IMG/VR virus record: IMGVR_UViG_3300020112_000918 | Coordinates: 32,001-96,000 of that record | Source of the DNA: a virus | Lineage: Duplodnaviria > Caudoviricetes | DNA length: 64,000 nucleotides | Reading direction: 5' to 3' (one strand) | Shown: positions 18,709-27,740 of the stretch, one piece after another | How the letters are laid out: each line of letters opens with the position of its first letter | Numbering within the stretch: the first letter of the stretch is position 1 | The notes under the pieces: model-generated | Databases searched by the model: none | Seen by the model: only the letters and a program-made list of their open reading frames with translations | Told to the model about the DNA's origin: nothing | Made by a program: the position numbers and the translations under genes

Positions 18709-20664
18709 CTAAAAAAGGTCTTCCGATTCTTTAACTACTTTTTCCGGCTCCTGCTTAGTTCCTTTTACAAGGCTCAAAAACTCTTCTTCTGTGATAACCT
18801 TTGTTCCCTGTTCCTGAGCTTTCTTATTCTTAGAAGATCCTGAGTTTGGATCGTTTGTAACAAGGTAAGTAAGACCCTTAACTACATCGTCCTTAACAGT
18901 TCCCCCGTTATTTTTTACAAGAGCAGCTGCTTCAATTCGCTTCATTGTCTTCAAAGACCCTGTGAAACATACGCTCATTCCCTCGAGGATTCCTTCTGAG
19001 GCATTCTTTACGGAAATGTAGGAAAGTGTTTCTCTCATGTCATCCAAGTTAGTTCTGAGTCCTTCTACAAACTTCTTTGCAAATTCTTCTCCTACACCTG
19101 GACAGATGCAGTCTTTTTCTGTTAAAGTAGAAAGGTCTTTGATAGAAGTCTTCTTGGTTCCGGAAATAATCTTCTTAGCGATACTAGGACCAATAGAAGG
19201 AATATTGAATCCTGCAATGAAGTCCGCCAAGTCCACTTCCTTTACAGAAGACAGATTACGCTTAATTCCTTCTGCAGATTTTGCTCCGAACCCTTCCAGC
19301 TTTTCAATAGCCCCGTAATTTATTTTGTAAAGAGAAGAAATTGTTCCATCGACAATTCCTGCATCAAGCAGCTTGCCCAAAGTTGTAGGAGCAAGTTCTT
19401 TTATTCCGAAGATGTTTACCCACTTATTCATCTTTCCAACTTTGATAGAAGAACAGAAAGGATTTAGACACTGTGTCTTAGTGCGGTCCGCATTTGTGTA
19501 AAGTTTATTTCCACACTCTGGGCATTTTTCAGGAACGAAGATTTCTGTCTCTCCTGACATATGCTGATAGACCTTTTCAATCTTAGGAATAATTTCTCCA
19601 CGCTTTGTAACAGATACTTTACATCCGATCTTGAAACCACCTTTTTCGATTAAGCCGATGTTGCACAATGAAGCCTGTTTAACAGTTGTTCCACAAAGAT
19701 GAAGAGGAGGATCAAGCAATCCGATAGGAGTGAAAGTTCCATTTGTCAGAGACCACTGAATTCCTACAAGCGTAGAAACAAGTTCTTCTCTCGGGAACTT
19801 GTATGCTATCTGAGTTTCCGGCAAAAGATTTCTTAGATCAGCGTTGTCACATGCATTCTTTTTAAGAACAATTCCATCCAAGTCATAAGGAAGTTCTGAA
19901 CGGTGACCGTTTACACGAAGCATGATTTCAGTCAGCTCTTTAGCAGAAGCTTCTGGAGTTGACTTTACTCCGAATCCTGTAGTATCTACTGTTTCAAAGC
20001 CCTGACCTCCAAGCCAAGATATTTTCTGGCTTTCTCTGTCAAAAGTCTTATTGTCATCTTCATACATCACATCGTAGGTAACAATGTGGAGCAGTTCGCA
20101 GCCTTCTCCGTTTTTGCGTTTCATAACTCCGGAAGCAGCGTTACGACAATTAGCCATCTGAGGAAAGAATTTATTCTTTTCTTCATGGAACATAAGAACT
20201 TCGCCCCGTACCGAGCCTGTAAAGTTGTCATTCAGCTTTTTGATACAGCCTTGCATCTTAGCTACATTTTCTGTGATGTCATCGCCTACTACTCCATCTC
20301 CACGAGTTACTCCTGCGGAGAAAACTCCGTGCTTGTAGTAAAGTTCAATAGAACATCCATCCAGCTTAGACTGAACTAAGATCTGTTCAGTAGGCTTAAA
20401 CTGGGTAAGCCATTTTTCGACTTCTTCTGCTGAGTTGGCTTTCTGCTGGCTTCCCATAGGAATTATGTGCTGCATCTTTGGGAATCCATCCAAAGAGTCG
20501 TCACCCACTTTTTCAAAAAGTTCATTATTAGGGTCAAGGCTTTTAAGTTCATCCCAGAGATTATCAAACTCAGCGTCTGAGATAGTTGCCTCGCCTTTGT
20601 AATAGTTGTCCTGATGCTGCTTGATAAGATCTTCAAGTTCCCGTATGCGTTCAGTGTTTTCCAT
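18709..20664 (-). CDS. ligA: NAD-dependent DNA ligase
   Basis: KLDG adenylation motif, TRGDG..G.DIT, RNAASG, Zn finger, HhH, C-terminal BRCT (CFTGSL). Confidence 0.97.
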   Translation of the reverse strand: MENTERIRELEDLIKQHQDNYYKGEATISDAEFDNLWDELKSLDPNNELFEKVGDDSLDGFPKMQHIIPMGSQQKANSAEEVEKWLTQFKPTEQILVQSKLDGCSIELYYKHGVFSAGVTRGDGVVGDDITENVAKMQGCIKKLNDNFTGSVRGEVLMFHEEKNKFFPQMANCRNAASGVMKRKNGEGCELLHIVTYDVMYEDDNKTFDRESQKISWLGGQGFETVDTTGFGVKSTPEASAKELTEIMLRVNGHRSELPYDLDGIVLKKNACDNADLRNLLPETQIAYKFPREELVSTLVGIQWSLTNGTFTPIGLLDPPLHLCGTTVKQASLCNIGLIEKGGFKIGCKVSVTKRGEIIPKIEKVYQHMSGETEIFVPEKCPECGNKLYTNADRTKTQCLNPFCSSIKVGKMNKWVNIFGIKELAPTTLGKLLDAGIVDGTISSLYKINYGAIEKLEGFGAKSAEGIKRNLSSVKEVDLADFIAGFNIPSIGPSIAKKIISGTKKTSIKDLSTLTEKDCICPGVGEEFAKKFVEGLRTNLDDMRETLSYISVKNASEGILEGMSVCFTGSLKTMKRIEAAALVKNNGGTVKDDVVKGLTYLVTNDPNSGSSKNKKAQEQGTKVITEEEFLSLVKGTKQEPEKVVKESEDLF

Positions 20665-20667
20665 CTT

Positions 20668-21108
20668 CTAGTTCTCCAACTTACAAAGTGTTACTTCAAT
20701 AGAAGAAAGTCCAAAGACCTGTTCTATTAAACCATAAACCGTATTCCAGTCTCCTCCCCCGATTCCTGCTCCCATTCCATAAGGAAGTGAAAGGCTCTTA
20801 AGGTGAAGAGATTCCATCTGTTTTCTTAAGTCTTTCAACCCAGAAAGAATACAACGGTAGTTAGTTGCAGCTCCTGCTTCATACTGACCGAAAATATTTG
20901 CCAGAATTCTTCCATCATTGCATTTAAGTAACTGAGTTTTTCCCAAAGGTCTGTTTACTTTACAACACTGAAGATAAGGTGTCCAGCATTCTGGAAAAGT
21001 CTTAAAAATAAGACCCGCAAGACCTCCTGCAATTCCTTTGCAGTTTGTCTGGTGTCCGATAACTTCTGTATTCGATTTGAGCAGATTGCCCGATTTGATT
21101 TGAACCAT
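20668..21108 (-). CDS. macrodomain protein (ADP-ribose binding/hydrolase)
   Basis: GNLL, HQTNCKG..GGLA, PYGMGAGIGGGDW. Confidence 0.9.
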   Translation of the reverse strand: MVQIKSGNLLKSNTEVIGHQTNCKGIAGGLAGLIFKTFPECWTPYLQCCKVNRPLGKTQLLKCNDGRILANIFGQYEAGAATNYRCILSGLKDLRKQMESLHLKSLSLPYGMGAGIGGGDWNTVYGLIEQVFGLSSIEVTLCKLEN

Positions 21109-21177
21109 AGTGGTTTATTATCCTCTATAAAATAGGAATTTTTCGGAAGCTGTGAGGAAAGTCCGTTCGCTTGCCTC

Positions 21178-21372
21178 TTACATAGAGATTCCAAACTGTT
21201 TAGACAGTGAAGAATAATTGTTAAGGATTTCTTTGTACTGCTCAGCAGTGCAACCAAGGATCGCTATAACCTTTTTAGCGTCCATAACCATGTTGTATTT
21301 TCCTTCACGCTGAATTTCAACGTATTTAGAAAACAATTCTTTTGTAACTGAGGATTCTTTTAACTGAACCAT
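21178..21372 (-). CDS. small protein (DUF5049-like)
   Basis: YVEIQREGKYNM motif; own promoter and SD. Confidence 0.55.
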   Translation of the reverse strand: MVQLKESSVTKELFSKYVEIQREGKYNMVMDAKKVIAILGCTAEQYKEILNNYSSLSKQFGISM

Positions 21373-21387
21373 AGCTACCTCCTATAT

Positions 21388-21398
21388 ATTATAATTCC
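21388..21398 (-). promoter_or_regulatory. putative early/middle promoter GGAATTATAAT
   Basis: Same motif with upstream CTTTTT at 34953, 35249, 40892, 63243. Confidence 0.7.
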
Positions 21399-21416
21399 GA
21401 GGAGGTAGAAAAAGGT

Positions 21417-21698
21417 TTAATTTTTATCGCCAATTCCTGACGCTTGTTTTGAGACAGTAACTGTTTTTGAGATGAAGAATTGGTTAGGATCGTCTTGAAT
21501 AAAGCCTACTTCAGTATCTACTGCGTGCACATAGTAGGTCACCCAAGTAGGCTTTCCTTCGTTTATTTTCGATTTCCAGACAAGAGTTGTAACTGACTCT
21601 CCGACTCTTGGAACTCCGGAAGAGCTAGGAAGAGTGAAGAGCAGATTACCTTTGTCGTCTTTGTAATAGATAGGGAAATTATTATTTTCTGTCGGCAT
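21417..21698 (-). CDS. hypothetical protein
   Basis: ATG 21698 is 7 nt after CCTATTT. Confidence 0.6.
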   Translation of the reverse strand: MPTENNNFPIYYKDDKGNLLFTLPSSSGVPRVGESVTTLVWKSKINEGKPTWVTYYVHAVDTEVGFIQDDPNQFFISKTVTVSKQASGIGDKN

Positions 21699-21712
21699 AG
21701 TAACCAAATAGG

Positions 21713-22165
21713 CTAGAAACCGTAGTAAAGTTTATCAAACTCCCGTAAGGTAATTCCGATCAGCTTTGTTCTATTGAAGTGAACATCGTTCCAGTAAGGC
21801 TTGAGAGCCGAAGGGCAGTTGTCTAAAGTAATGAACTTTGCAGCTGTCTTAGGCAGCCCTCTACTCCTTTTATCATTTTCCCACTTTCGTTCACACTCCC
21901 GATATGAAGATGCTACTACAAGGTAACGAATCTCTACAGGCTTTTCGCTTTCAAACTTCTCTACGTAGTGAACGTATTTAGCAACTTCATCACGGGTTTT
22001 CATTAAAAGACAAACAAGAAGGATGTCTATTAAGAGTGAGCTCCCCTGTAAGCTCAGGATGATCACAAGCAAGCTATTTGGCATTACGTTTCTCCTGTTC
22101 TTTGAACAACCGAAAATAGAAGTCTGAGATTTCTGATGTATGGACTTCTGGCTCCTGATATTCAT
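21713..22165 (-). CDS. hypothetical membrane-anchored protein
   Basis: Hydrophobic segment; true start probably the internal Met (MPNSLL). Confidence 0.5.
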   Translation of the reverse strand: MNIRSQKSIHQKSQTSIFGCSKNRRNVMPNSLLVIILSLQGSSLLIDILLVCLLMKTRDEVAKYVHYVEKFESEKPVEIRYLVVASSYRECERKWENDKRSRGLPKTAAKFITLDNCPSALKPYWNDVHFNRTKLIGITLREFDKLYYGF

Positions 22166-22478
22166 CGTTAGCTAGTTCAAAACGGTAACGCTGCTTAATG
22201 TCTGGATACTTTTCTTTGTCCACTTCAGAAAAGAACATTTCTGTAGGACGAGCACAGACACAGCCTTCCGGAATCTCCTGCTTAGTTCCAGGGATTCCTT
22301 TAGAGGAATAAAGAGATTCATAAACAACCAAATGTTCCCCTGTTTCTGAATGCTTAGCGAACGCAATTATTCTATAGAGATAAGCGTTAGGGAACTGCTT
22401 TAAGTCTACTGTCTCACGTTTAAAATGACGAATTACGCTTCCCACTTTGAAGCTAACTTTTCTACTAAAATCTCCCAT
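22074..22478 (-). CDS. DUF1653-family protein
   Basis: RHFK, AKHSETGEHLVVYESLY, RP.EMF.SEVDKEKYP..KQRYRFE. Confidence 0.9.
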   Translation of the reverse strand: MGDFSRKVSFKVGSVIRHFKRETVDLKQFPNAYLYRIIAFAKHSETGEHLVVYESLYSSKGIPGTKQEIPEGCVCARPTEMFFSEVDKEKYPDIKQRYRFELANDEYQEPEVHTSEISDFYFRLFKEQEKRNAK

Positions 22479-22492
22479 GGTATTTACTCTCC

Positions 22493-23023
22493 TTACCGTA
22501 TTGGTGCATATTTCTGTCTTGCGTTAGCACGATCTTCAATATTAAGAGCACGAAGTTCTGAACGAAGATTTACTGCCAAGTTGGTTAAAACGTTGTCAAA
22601 CTTATTAAGTGTTTCTCTCATGCGAATGTAGTGATCGCATTTCATTTCTGCTTGCAGAAGTTTTCTCTGCCAAGCAAAGTAGTCCATCTTGTGAGTAACC
22701 TTAACTTGCTGCTCAATTTCTTTAAGAGCAGGCTTTGTAGATTTTCCAGTATTTTCTGCCATGAGAAGTTCTTTTGCTTCATGGAACCATTGAGCATAAA
22801 GGTCTTCATACTCCAGTTCAAGGGCAGCTTTTTCTACTTTTACTCTCTGGTATTCTTCATTCAGCATACGACAAGTATCGTAGTACATACTTAAAGCGTA
22901 GTTAACTCTGCCAGGAGTTACTTCATTCCCAGTAGCGATTTCTCCGATCTGTTCATACTTCTTAGAAGTAGACTGAACAAAGGCGATATACTCGTCTATG
23001 AGAGCTTCATTTTCTTTTGTCAT
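22493..23023 (-). CDS. helical protein, possibly UvsY-like recombination mediator
   Basis: 176-aa coiled-coil; resemblance only. Confidence 0.35.
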   Translation of the reverse strand: MTKENEALIDEYIAFVQSTSKKYEQIGEIATGNEVTPGRVNYALSMYYDTCRMLNEEYQRVKVEKAALELEYEDLYAQWFHEAKELLMAENTGKSTKPALKEIEQQVKVTHKMDYFAWQRKLLQAEMKCDHYIRMRETLNKFDNVLTNLAVNLRSELRALNIEDRANARQKYAPIR

Positions 23024-23047
23024 GTCTTATCCTCCAACTTTTATAGA

Positions 23048-23524
23048 CTAGTTGTCTTTCTTCTTTTTGTAGCGTTCCCTGTTTTCAAGAACACGCTTAG
23101 CAAATACTATGTTCTGCTTTTCACAAACTATATGGTTTGTTAAAAGCTCAACTGTATGCTTATAAATTGCAGAAGCAGCTGATCCTTGATTAAAATAGCG
23201 TGACTCTTTTATTTTGTAGAACTTATCATTCTTGTAGTAGTAGAGTCCCCATCCTTCAGGAAGTTCTTCTGGTTTTATAAACTCACCGAAACAAACGTAA
23301 TATCGCTTATCTCCAAACTGTGGCTTTTTACGGGCTTTCTTGTACTTGTCTGCAAGAAAGTCTGAACGGCTCATTTTTATTTCATACAAATCTGTATGAG
23401 CTGAAGAGTCAAATACAAGAACATCTGGCTTTTCAATTCCAAGCATTGTAACCTCAAATAAAGCCATAGTCTTGTCATTAGCGAAACGCTGCGCAGTTAT
23501 TTTACAAAGTTCAAAGTGTGTCAC
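23048..23524 (-). CDS. PD-(D/E)XK nuclease-fold protein (MmcB-like)
   Basis: EKPDVL...YEIKMSRSDFLAD..K. Confidence 0.75.
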   Translation of the reverse strand: MTHFELCKITAQRFANDKTMALFEVTMLGIEKPDVLVFDSSAHTDLYEIKMSRSDFLADKYKKARKKPQFGDKRYYVCFGEFIKPEELPEGWGLYYYKNDKFYKIKESRYFNQGSAASAIYKHTVELLTNHIVCEKQNIVFAKRVLENRERYKKKKDN

Positions 23525-23527
23525 TTA

Positions 23528-25288
23528 TTATAATTCCGTCGCAAAGTAGAAGCCAAACAGCTTCTTTAAAGAATTTATTTCCCCGTAGTCTAAATCAAGT
23601 TTTATGTCCTGCTCTGAAACAGCTACTACTTGAGCTAATACTCCGTTATTTAAGACAACAAAGTCTGACTCGTTTAAGGTAACAGTGTCTGACGTAAGAC
23701 GAATGCATGAGCATCCTTCCAAAAGAGGAAGAGGTGTGAACGGAATGCTCTTAGACACTATGTCAGACTGAGCTGAATAGGAATTAAACGTATCGGCTCG
23801 AAGAATAGGTGAATCTCCTTCTTCATCGCAAGCAAATACTCGGAAGAATGTATTTTCTGTAGGAGGTTCAATAACTTTCTCTGTAAGTAAAAATCCGTTT
23901 TCATTCAGCCCCGTAATTGTTTCAGCTCCTGCAGTTAGCCAAGCGTCGTTAGTCAGATCTGCAAAAGAAGTAACTGTCTTACGTATGAGTTTGTATTTAT
24001 TGGCTGGAAGCACGTTTTTCCACACTACATGAGTTTCCCATCTTTTGATAGACTTGTCCAGATTAAGAACTGCTTGATTAAAGACACCTTGAATCTCGGG
24101 AACAGAGAGCCAAGTATTAACATCATCAGAAAAAGCCTTTACGCTTTTATCTGCATTAGCAAGACCCTTAACAGCATCTTCATAGATCTGAGGAAGTCCC
24201 TCAAGAACTGTATACGGTCCGTCAGGCTTTTTGACAAGCTCCTGCACCCAGTAGACAAGACCTTTACGAGTTCCTGAATCCGGAGTTCCAAGCTGTGAAG
24301 AGCTCTGATCAGACAAAGCATTGTAGTCTGAGATTAAAGTATTACAGTCAGCAACCAAGTCCTGAAGTTTAGAGTTAATAGAAGCTCTGTTTGAAGAAGT
24401 ACCCGAGCTTATTGAATTAAAGTAAGAGCGATAAGATTCTATCTTAGTAGTATCAGCTCCAACTTTTGTTAAGCAGTCGTTTAATCGACTTATGTCTCCA
24501 GGAAGGTCTATCTGGAATTCTTCAAGGATTGCTCCTTTATTGTTGATTGCGTTTACAGTGTCATTTAAACAAGTCTTATAAGCAGAAAAGCCGTTTAGTA
24601 AAGCATTAATCTTTCCTAACAGATCAGACTTAAACGAGTAGTCGTCTGGAGTGTCAATTCCGTTCTGACCTATATACCAGACTCCCTCTCCTTGCATATA
24701 AACTTCACTATTTTCAGTTCGCTTTCCTAAGTAGCCCGAGCCTTTATCCTTATCTGCTTGTGCTTTAGCAAGCTCCTGAGTAAGATAAGGACCTCGCATA
24801 TTTCCGTTAGAGGAAGCAACCGTTCCGATAGCTGCGATAAGGTCTTCACAAAACTGGCGAACACCAGTGCCTGAAGGAGATCCCGTAGACTCTAATGAAA
24901 AAGAATTAAGCCATTTAGAGTTTACGTTGAAGTCTTTCTGAGCTTTTTCAGTAGGCTGTCCTTCTTTCAGTTCAGGAGGATAAAGACCGTCGGCTCCGTC
25001 TCCGGAACCCGTAACGCAGAGAGAAAGATTTTTCTTATACTGAGTAGACCAGTCTCCACTAAAATCAGGAGTAGAAGTTTTTCTTCCTGCAGTTAATCGA
25101 GCCTGTTCTAGATAAAGAGCAACAACTTTCAGAATTCCCTGATCAGTTCCGTTTCCGAACAGAATAGGGTGTAAGTCATCTCGTCTAGTTTCTGTTTCAA
25201 TCTTAAGATTTCTTACAGACCTTAGAGACATGACTGCATTAGACCGAGTAGTTCTTGCTTTTTCGTATTCTTCTGCGTATGAAGTCAT
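23528..25288 (-). CDS. hypothetical (probably virion) protein
   Basis: 586-aa ORF, helical core, beta-rich C-terminus. Confidence 0.6.
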   Translation of the reverse strand: MTSYAEEYEKARTTRSNAVMSLRSVRNLKIETETRRDDLHPILFGNGTDQGILKVVALYLEQARLTAGRKTSTPDFSGDWSTQYKKNLSLCVTGSGDGADGLYPPELKEGQPTEKAQKDFNVNSKWLNSFSLESTGSPSGTGVRQFCEDLIAAIGTVASSNGNMRGPYLTQELAKAQADKDKGSGYLGKRTENSEVYMQGEGVWYIGQNGIDTPDDYSFKSDLLGKINALLNGFSAYKTCLNDTVNAINNKGAILEEFQIDLPGDISRLNDCLTKVGADTTKIESYRSYFNSISSGTSSNRASINSKLQDLVADCNTLISDYNALSDQSSSQLGTPDSGTRKGLVYWVQELVKKPDGPYTVLEGLPQIYEDAVKGLANADKSVKAFSDDVNTWLSVPEIQGVFNQAVLNLDKSIKRWETHVVWKNVLPANKYKLIRKTVTSFADLTNDAWLTAGAETITGLNENGFLLTEKVIEPPTENTFFRVFACDEEGDSPILRADTFNSYSAQSDIVSKSIPFTPLPLLEGCSCIRLTSDTVTLNESDFVVLNNGVLAQVVAVSEQDIKLDLDYGEINSLKKLFGFYFATEL

Positions 25289-25750
25289 TTACATCTCCCG
25301 AATTTCAACAATCTTGTTTACATAAGCATCGAAAGGTTTTCTTGAAGAGAAGAAACCACAGTCTCCTGCCATTCTGAAACCACCGAATAGATTCTTCATG
25401 CTTTTCCATTCCTGAGCAATTTCTTCAATTGAGTAAGCTGCTTCCTCTTTTTCGAAGGAGTATTTACCGTTGTTTTTAATCCACTCAGGAAATTCTAACT
25501 TAGATTGTTCCAGAAGGAAATTTAAGTAATCGTTGATTTCTATTTTGAGAGTTATTTCCCATCCTGGCTTTTTAAGGTTAGCTGACAAGTTCTTTACACA
25601 GAATTCTTTTCTTCCGTCTGGAGTTTTAAAGAAAATCTTCTTAGTGCAAAAGCTGCCATGAGGAATTTCAATGTATTTTCCCTGGATAGTATTTCCGTTT
25701 TCAAGAAGAACAGAAAAAGTTCTGTCATTCGCAAATCTTTGAGAGTTCAA
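25289..25750 (-). CDS. hypothetical protein
   Basis: 153-aa ORF in operon. Confidence 0.55.
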   Translation of the reverse strand: MNSQRFANDRTFSVLLENGNTIQGKYIEIPHGSFCTKKIFFKTPDGRKEFCVKNLSANLKKPGWEITLKIEINDYLNFLLEQSKLEFPEWIKNNGKYSFEKEEAAYSIEEIAQEWKSMKNLFGGFRMAGDCGFFSSRKPFDAYVNKIVEIREM

Positions 25751-25763
25751 TTTTAAGCCCCTT

Positions 25764-26075
25764 TTAGTAAGGCTTCACAAGAGACTGCAATTCATTAAGC
25801 AGAGCTTCTGTGAAGTTACTCCAAACATAATTTATGTGGTCAGTTCCGTTTTTAATAGACTGCACCATTCCCATATAGGTTTTACCTCGTTCTGATCGAG
25901 GTTCTGTTTCTTCGTCTTTCATCTGACATTTACGAAAAGCTCTAGCTAATTCTTCGTCAGAAACGTTCTTTAGTGATATAGTTTTTCCGTTAAACTTAAA
26001 CACGTAGCAGTCCATGTCTACGTTGTAATAGCACTTAACAGGAACTAAAGAACGAGATTCATTAAATCTTATCAT
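25764..26075 (-). CDS. hypothetical protein (possible internal head protein)
   Basis: SD GGAG before ATG 26075; MIRFNE|S leader; CCTATTT at 26107-26113. Confidence 0.6.
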   Translation of the reverse strand: MIRFNESRSLVPVKCYYNVDMDCYVFKFNGKTISLKNVSDEELARAFRKCQMKDEETEPRSERGKTYMGMVQSIKNGTDHINYVWSNFTEALLNELQSLVKPY

Positions 26076-26126
26076 AAAAATTCTCCCTAAGAAAGTTGTA
26101 TAACTCAAATAGGGAGAATTTCGGCT

Positions 26127-26402
26127 TTAGTCTTCTACTTTAGCCAAAATATCGTTCATGTCTACCAAACGGCATTCTGTGTCGTTGGCTTTTATGATAG
26201 TTCCCGCATACTGAGAGAAGATTACTTTATCTCCCTTAGCTACAGTAACCTTTGTTTCTTCTGTTCCTTCCCCTACTTCAAGAACAACAGCCATCTGTGT
26301 TTTTTCTTTAGGATTAGCTGGAAGAAGAATTCCAGACTTTGTTGTCTCTTCGGGTTTAATTTCCTCGATGAGAACACGAGCACCAATAGGTTTTACTTTC
26401 AT
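26127..26402 (-). CDS. groES: co-chaperonin GroES
   Basis: MKVKPIGARVLI..EETTKSGILLP...GDKVIFSQYAGT...DILA. Confidence 0.95.
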   Translation of the reverse strand: MKVKPIGARVLIEEIKPEETTKSGILLPANPKEKTQMAVVLEVGEGTEETKVTVAKGDKVIFSQYAGTIIKANDTECRLVDMNDILAKVED

Positions 26403-26457
26403 GATGAGTACCTCATTTGTATAAAAATTAAAGATTAAAAAAAAATCTTTCCACCTT

Positions 26458-26589
26458 TTATAATTCCGGATTGTCTTCAGGAGGGGAGTCTTTTTCAAAT
26501 AAATTCAACCAAACAGCTCCTACTGCTCCGAAAATAAGAATAATGCTAAAAATGCCAAGACCTAAATACTGTAGAATTTTTACTATCAT
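26458..26589 (-). CDS. small membrane protein (43 aa, not in ORF track)
   Basis: MIVKILQYLGLGIFSIILIFGAVGAVWLNLFEKDSPPEDNPEL. Confidence 0.5.
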   Translation of the reverse strand: MIVKILQYLGLGIFSIILIFGAVGAVWLNLFEKDSPPEDNPEL

Positions 26590-26624
26590 AAAAACAAAAA
26601 TCCCCCACTACATAAAATAGTGAA

Positions 26625-27682
26625 TTATTTATACGCTCTAGAAACACAGACTGTAGAGCAGAATTCTCTATTTAGTAAAATCTGAGAAGTAGAAAGCTCT
26701 TTTCCGCAGTATCTACATTTTGAAGTTTTAATAGACCCTTCTTCTTTCTTAAGAACTAAAAACTCATTCTCTGTCCACTTATGAGTCCTAGATAGATGAT
26801 TATGTAAATACATCTTAGAAGGAAATTTTCTACAGCATTTTAAGCATTCAAGCCCTTTTACGTAGTTGATTCCTGTAAACTGCTTTTCCCAAGAAGTTCT
26901 ACTTAAGTCTGGAGGTTCACTTAGTAGATCATTTTTATGTAAGTCGAATTCTTCACTAGAAACTTTTTCTATTTTATAAAGTTTAGTAAGAATTCCTAGT
27001 TTGCTGAACTTTTCAGGAACGGAAACATTCCCTTCTAGCCAATCCCAAAGACTTTCTTTAAAGTAAGAGGCACTGCCTGTAAGCCACTTAGAAAGCCAAT
27101 AGACATTTTCATGATAAGTTTCTTTCCCCGTTTTTATTTCTATGAGCTTCACAGCCTGAAAAGTTCTCTCCTGTCCATGAGCTGTCACCGTGTTAGACAA
27201 AACAATTTTAGATTTAGTTTCTTCCGAAAGAGAACTCCCTAGCCGTTTTTCTGACATCTGTTTAAGAGCTTGTTCAGAAAAACATCCTTGTTTTCCTTTG
27301 TTCCACGCAGAAAGTTCTCCGTTACAGTAACGACTCTTTAAAGTAGAAGACATCTTCTTTAGAGAAAATTCTCCTAGCTTACCTCCATCTCCACCTTGTG
27401 TACAATTATACCCTTTTCCAGAGGTATAAAAACTTTCTTTTTCCTTAATCCAAAATTTTTCTCTTTCATTCAGTTTACTTTCAGGGATTTCTTCTAATAT
27501 AGAAACGAAAAATTTTCTATTCCGTATTTTCTAATAGCAGTATACAAGTAAGCAGTCTCTTGTTCGTTTTTAGAGTTCTCTCTATGACGCTGCCAACGAC
27601 TAAAAATATTTACAGATTTACCTATGTAGATTTTTCCGTTTATTTCATTTCTTATTTGGTAGATTCCGCAAACTTTGTCCAT
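26625..27682 (-). pseudogene. GIY-YIG homing endonuclease split by a frameshift (GIY-YIG + NUMOD3-like + zinc fingers)
   Basis: GIYQI..YIGKS..RW..H in 27494-27682; -1 frame continues SILEEIPESKLNEREKFWI..GYN..GG into 26625-27353. Confidence 0.85.
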
Positions 27683-27688
27683 TAAAAA

Positions 27689-27710
27689 TCCCCCTATGAA
27701 AATAGGGGGA
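27689..27710 (-). promoter_or_regulatory. hairpin combining terminator, CCTATTT promoter and RBS of the GIY-YIG gene
   Basis: TCCCCCTAT-TTTC-ATAGGGGGA-TTTTT-A-ATG on minus strand. Confidence 0.65.
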
Positions 27711-27740
27711 CTAAATTAGAGAATTACTTGTTTGCCTTTA

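Noticed and set aside
21154-21165. GAGGAAAGTCCG, identical to the RNase P RNA P4 5' motif
   Set aside because: Lies in a 70-nt gap; downstream sequence is antisense to real genes and no convincing 3' P4 partner was seen
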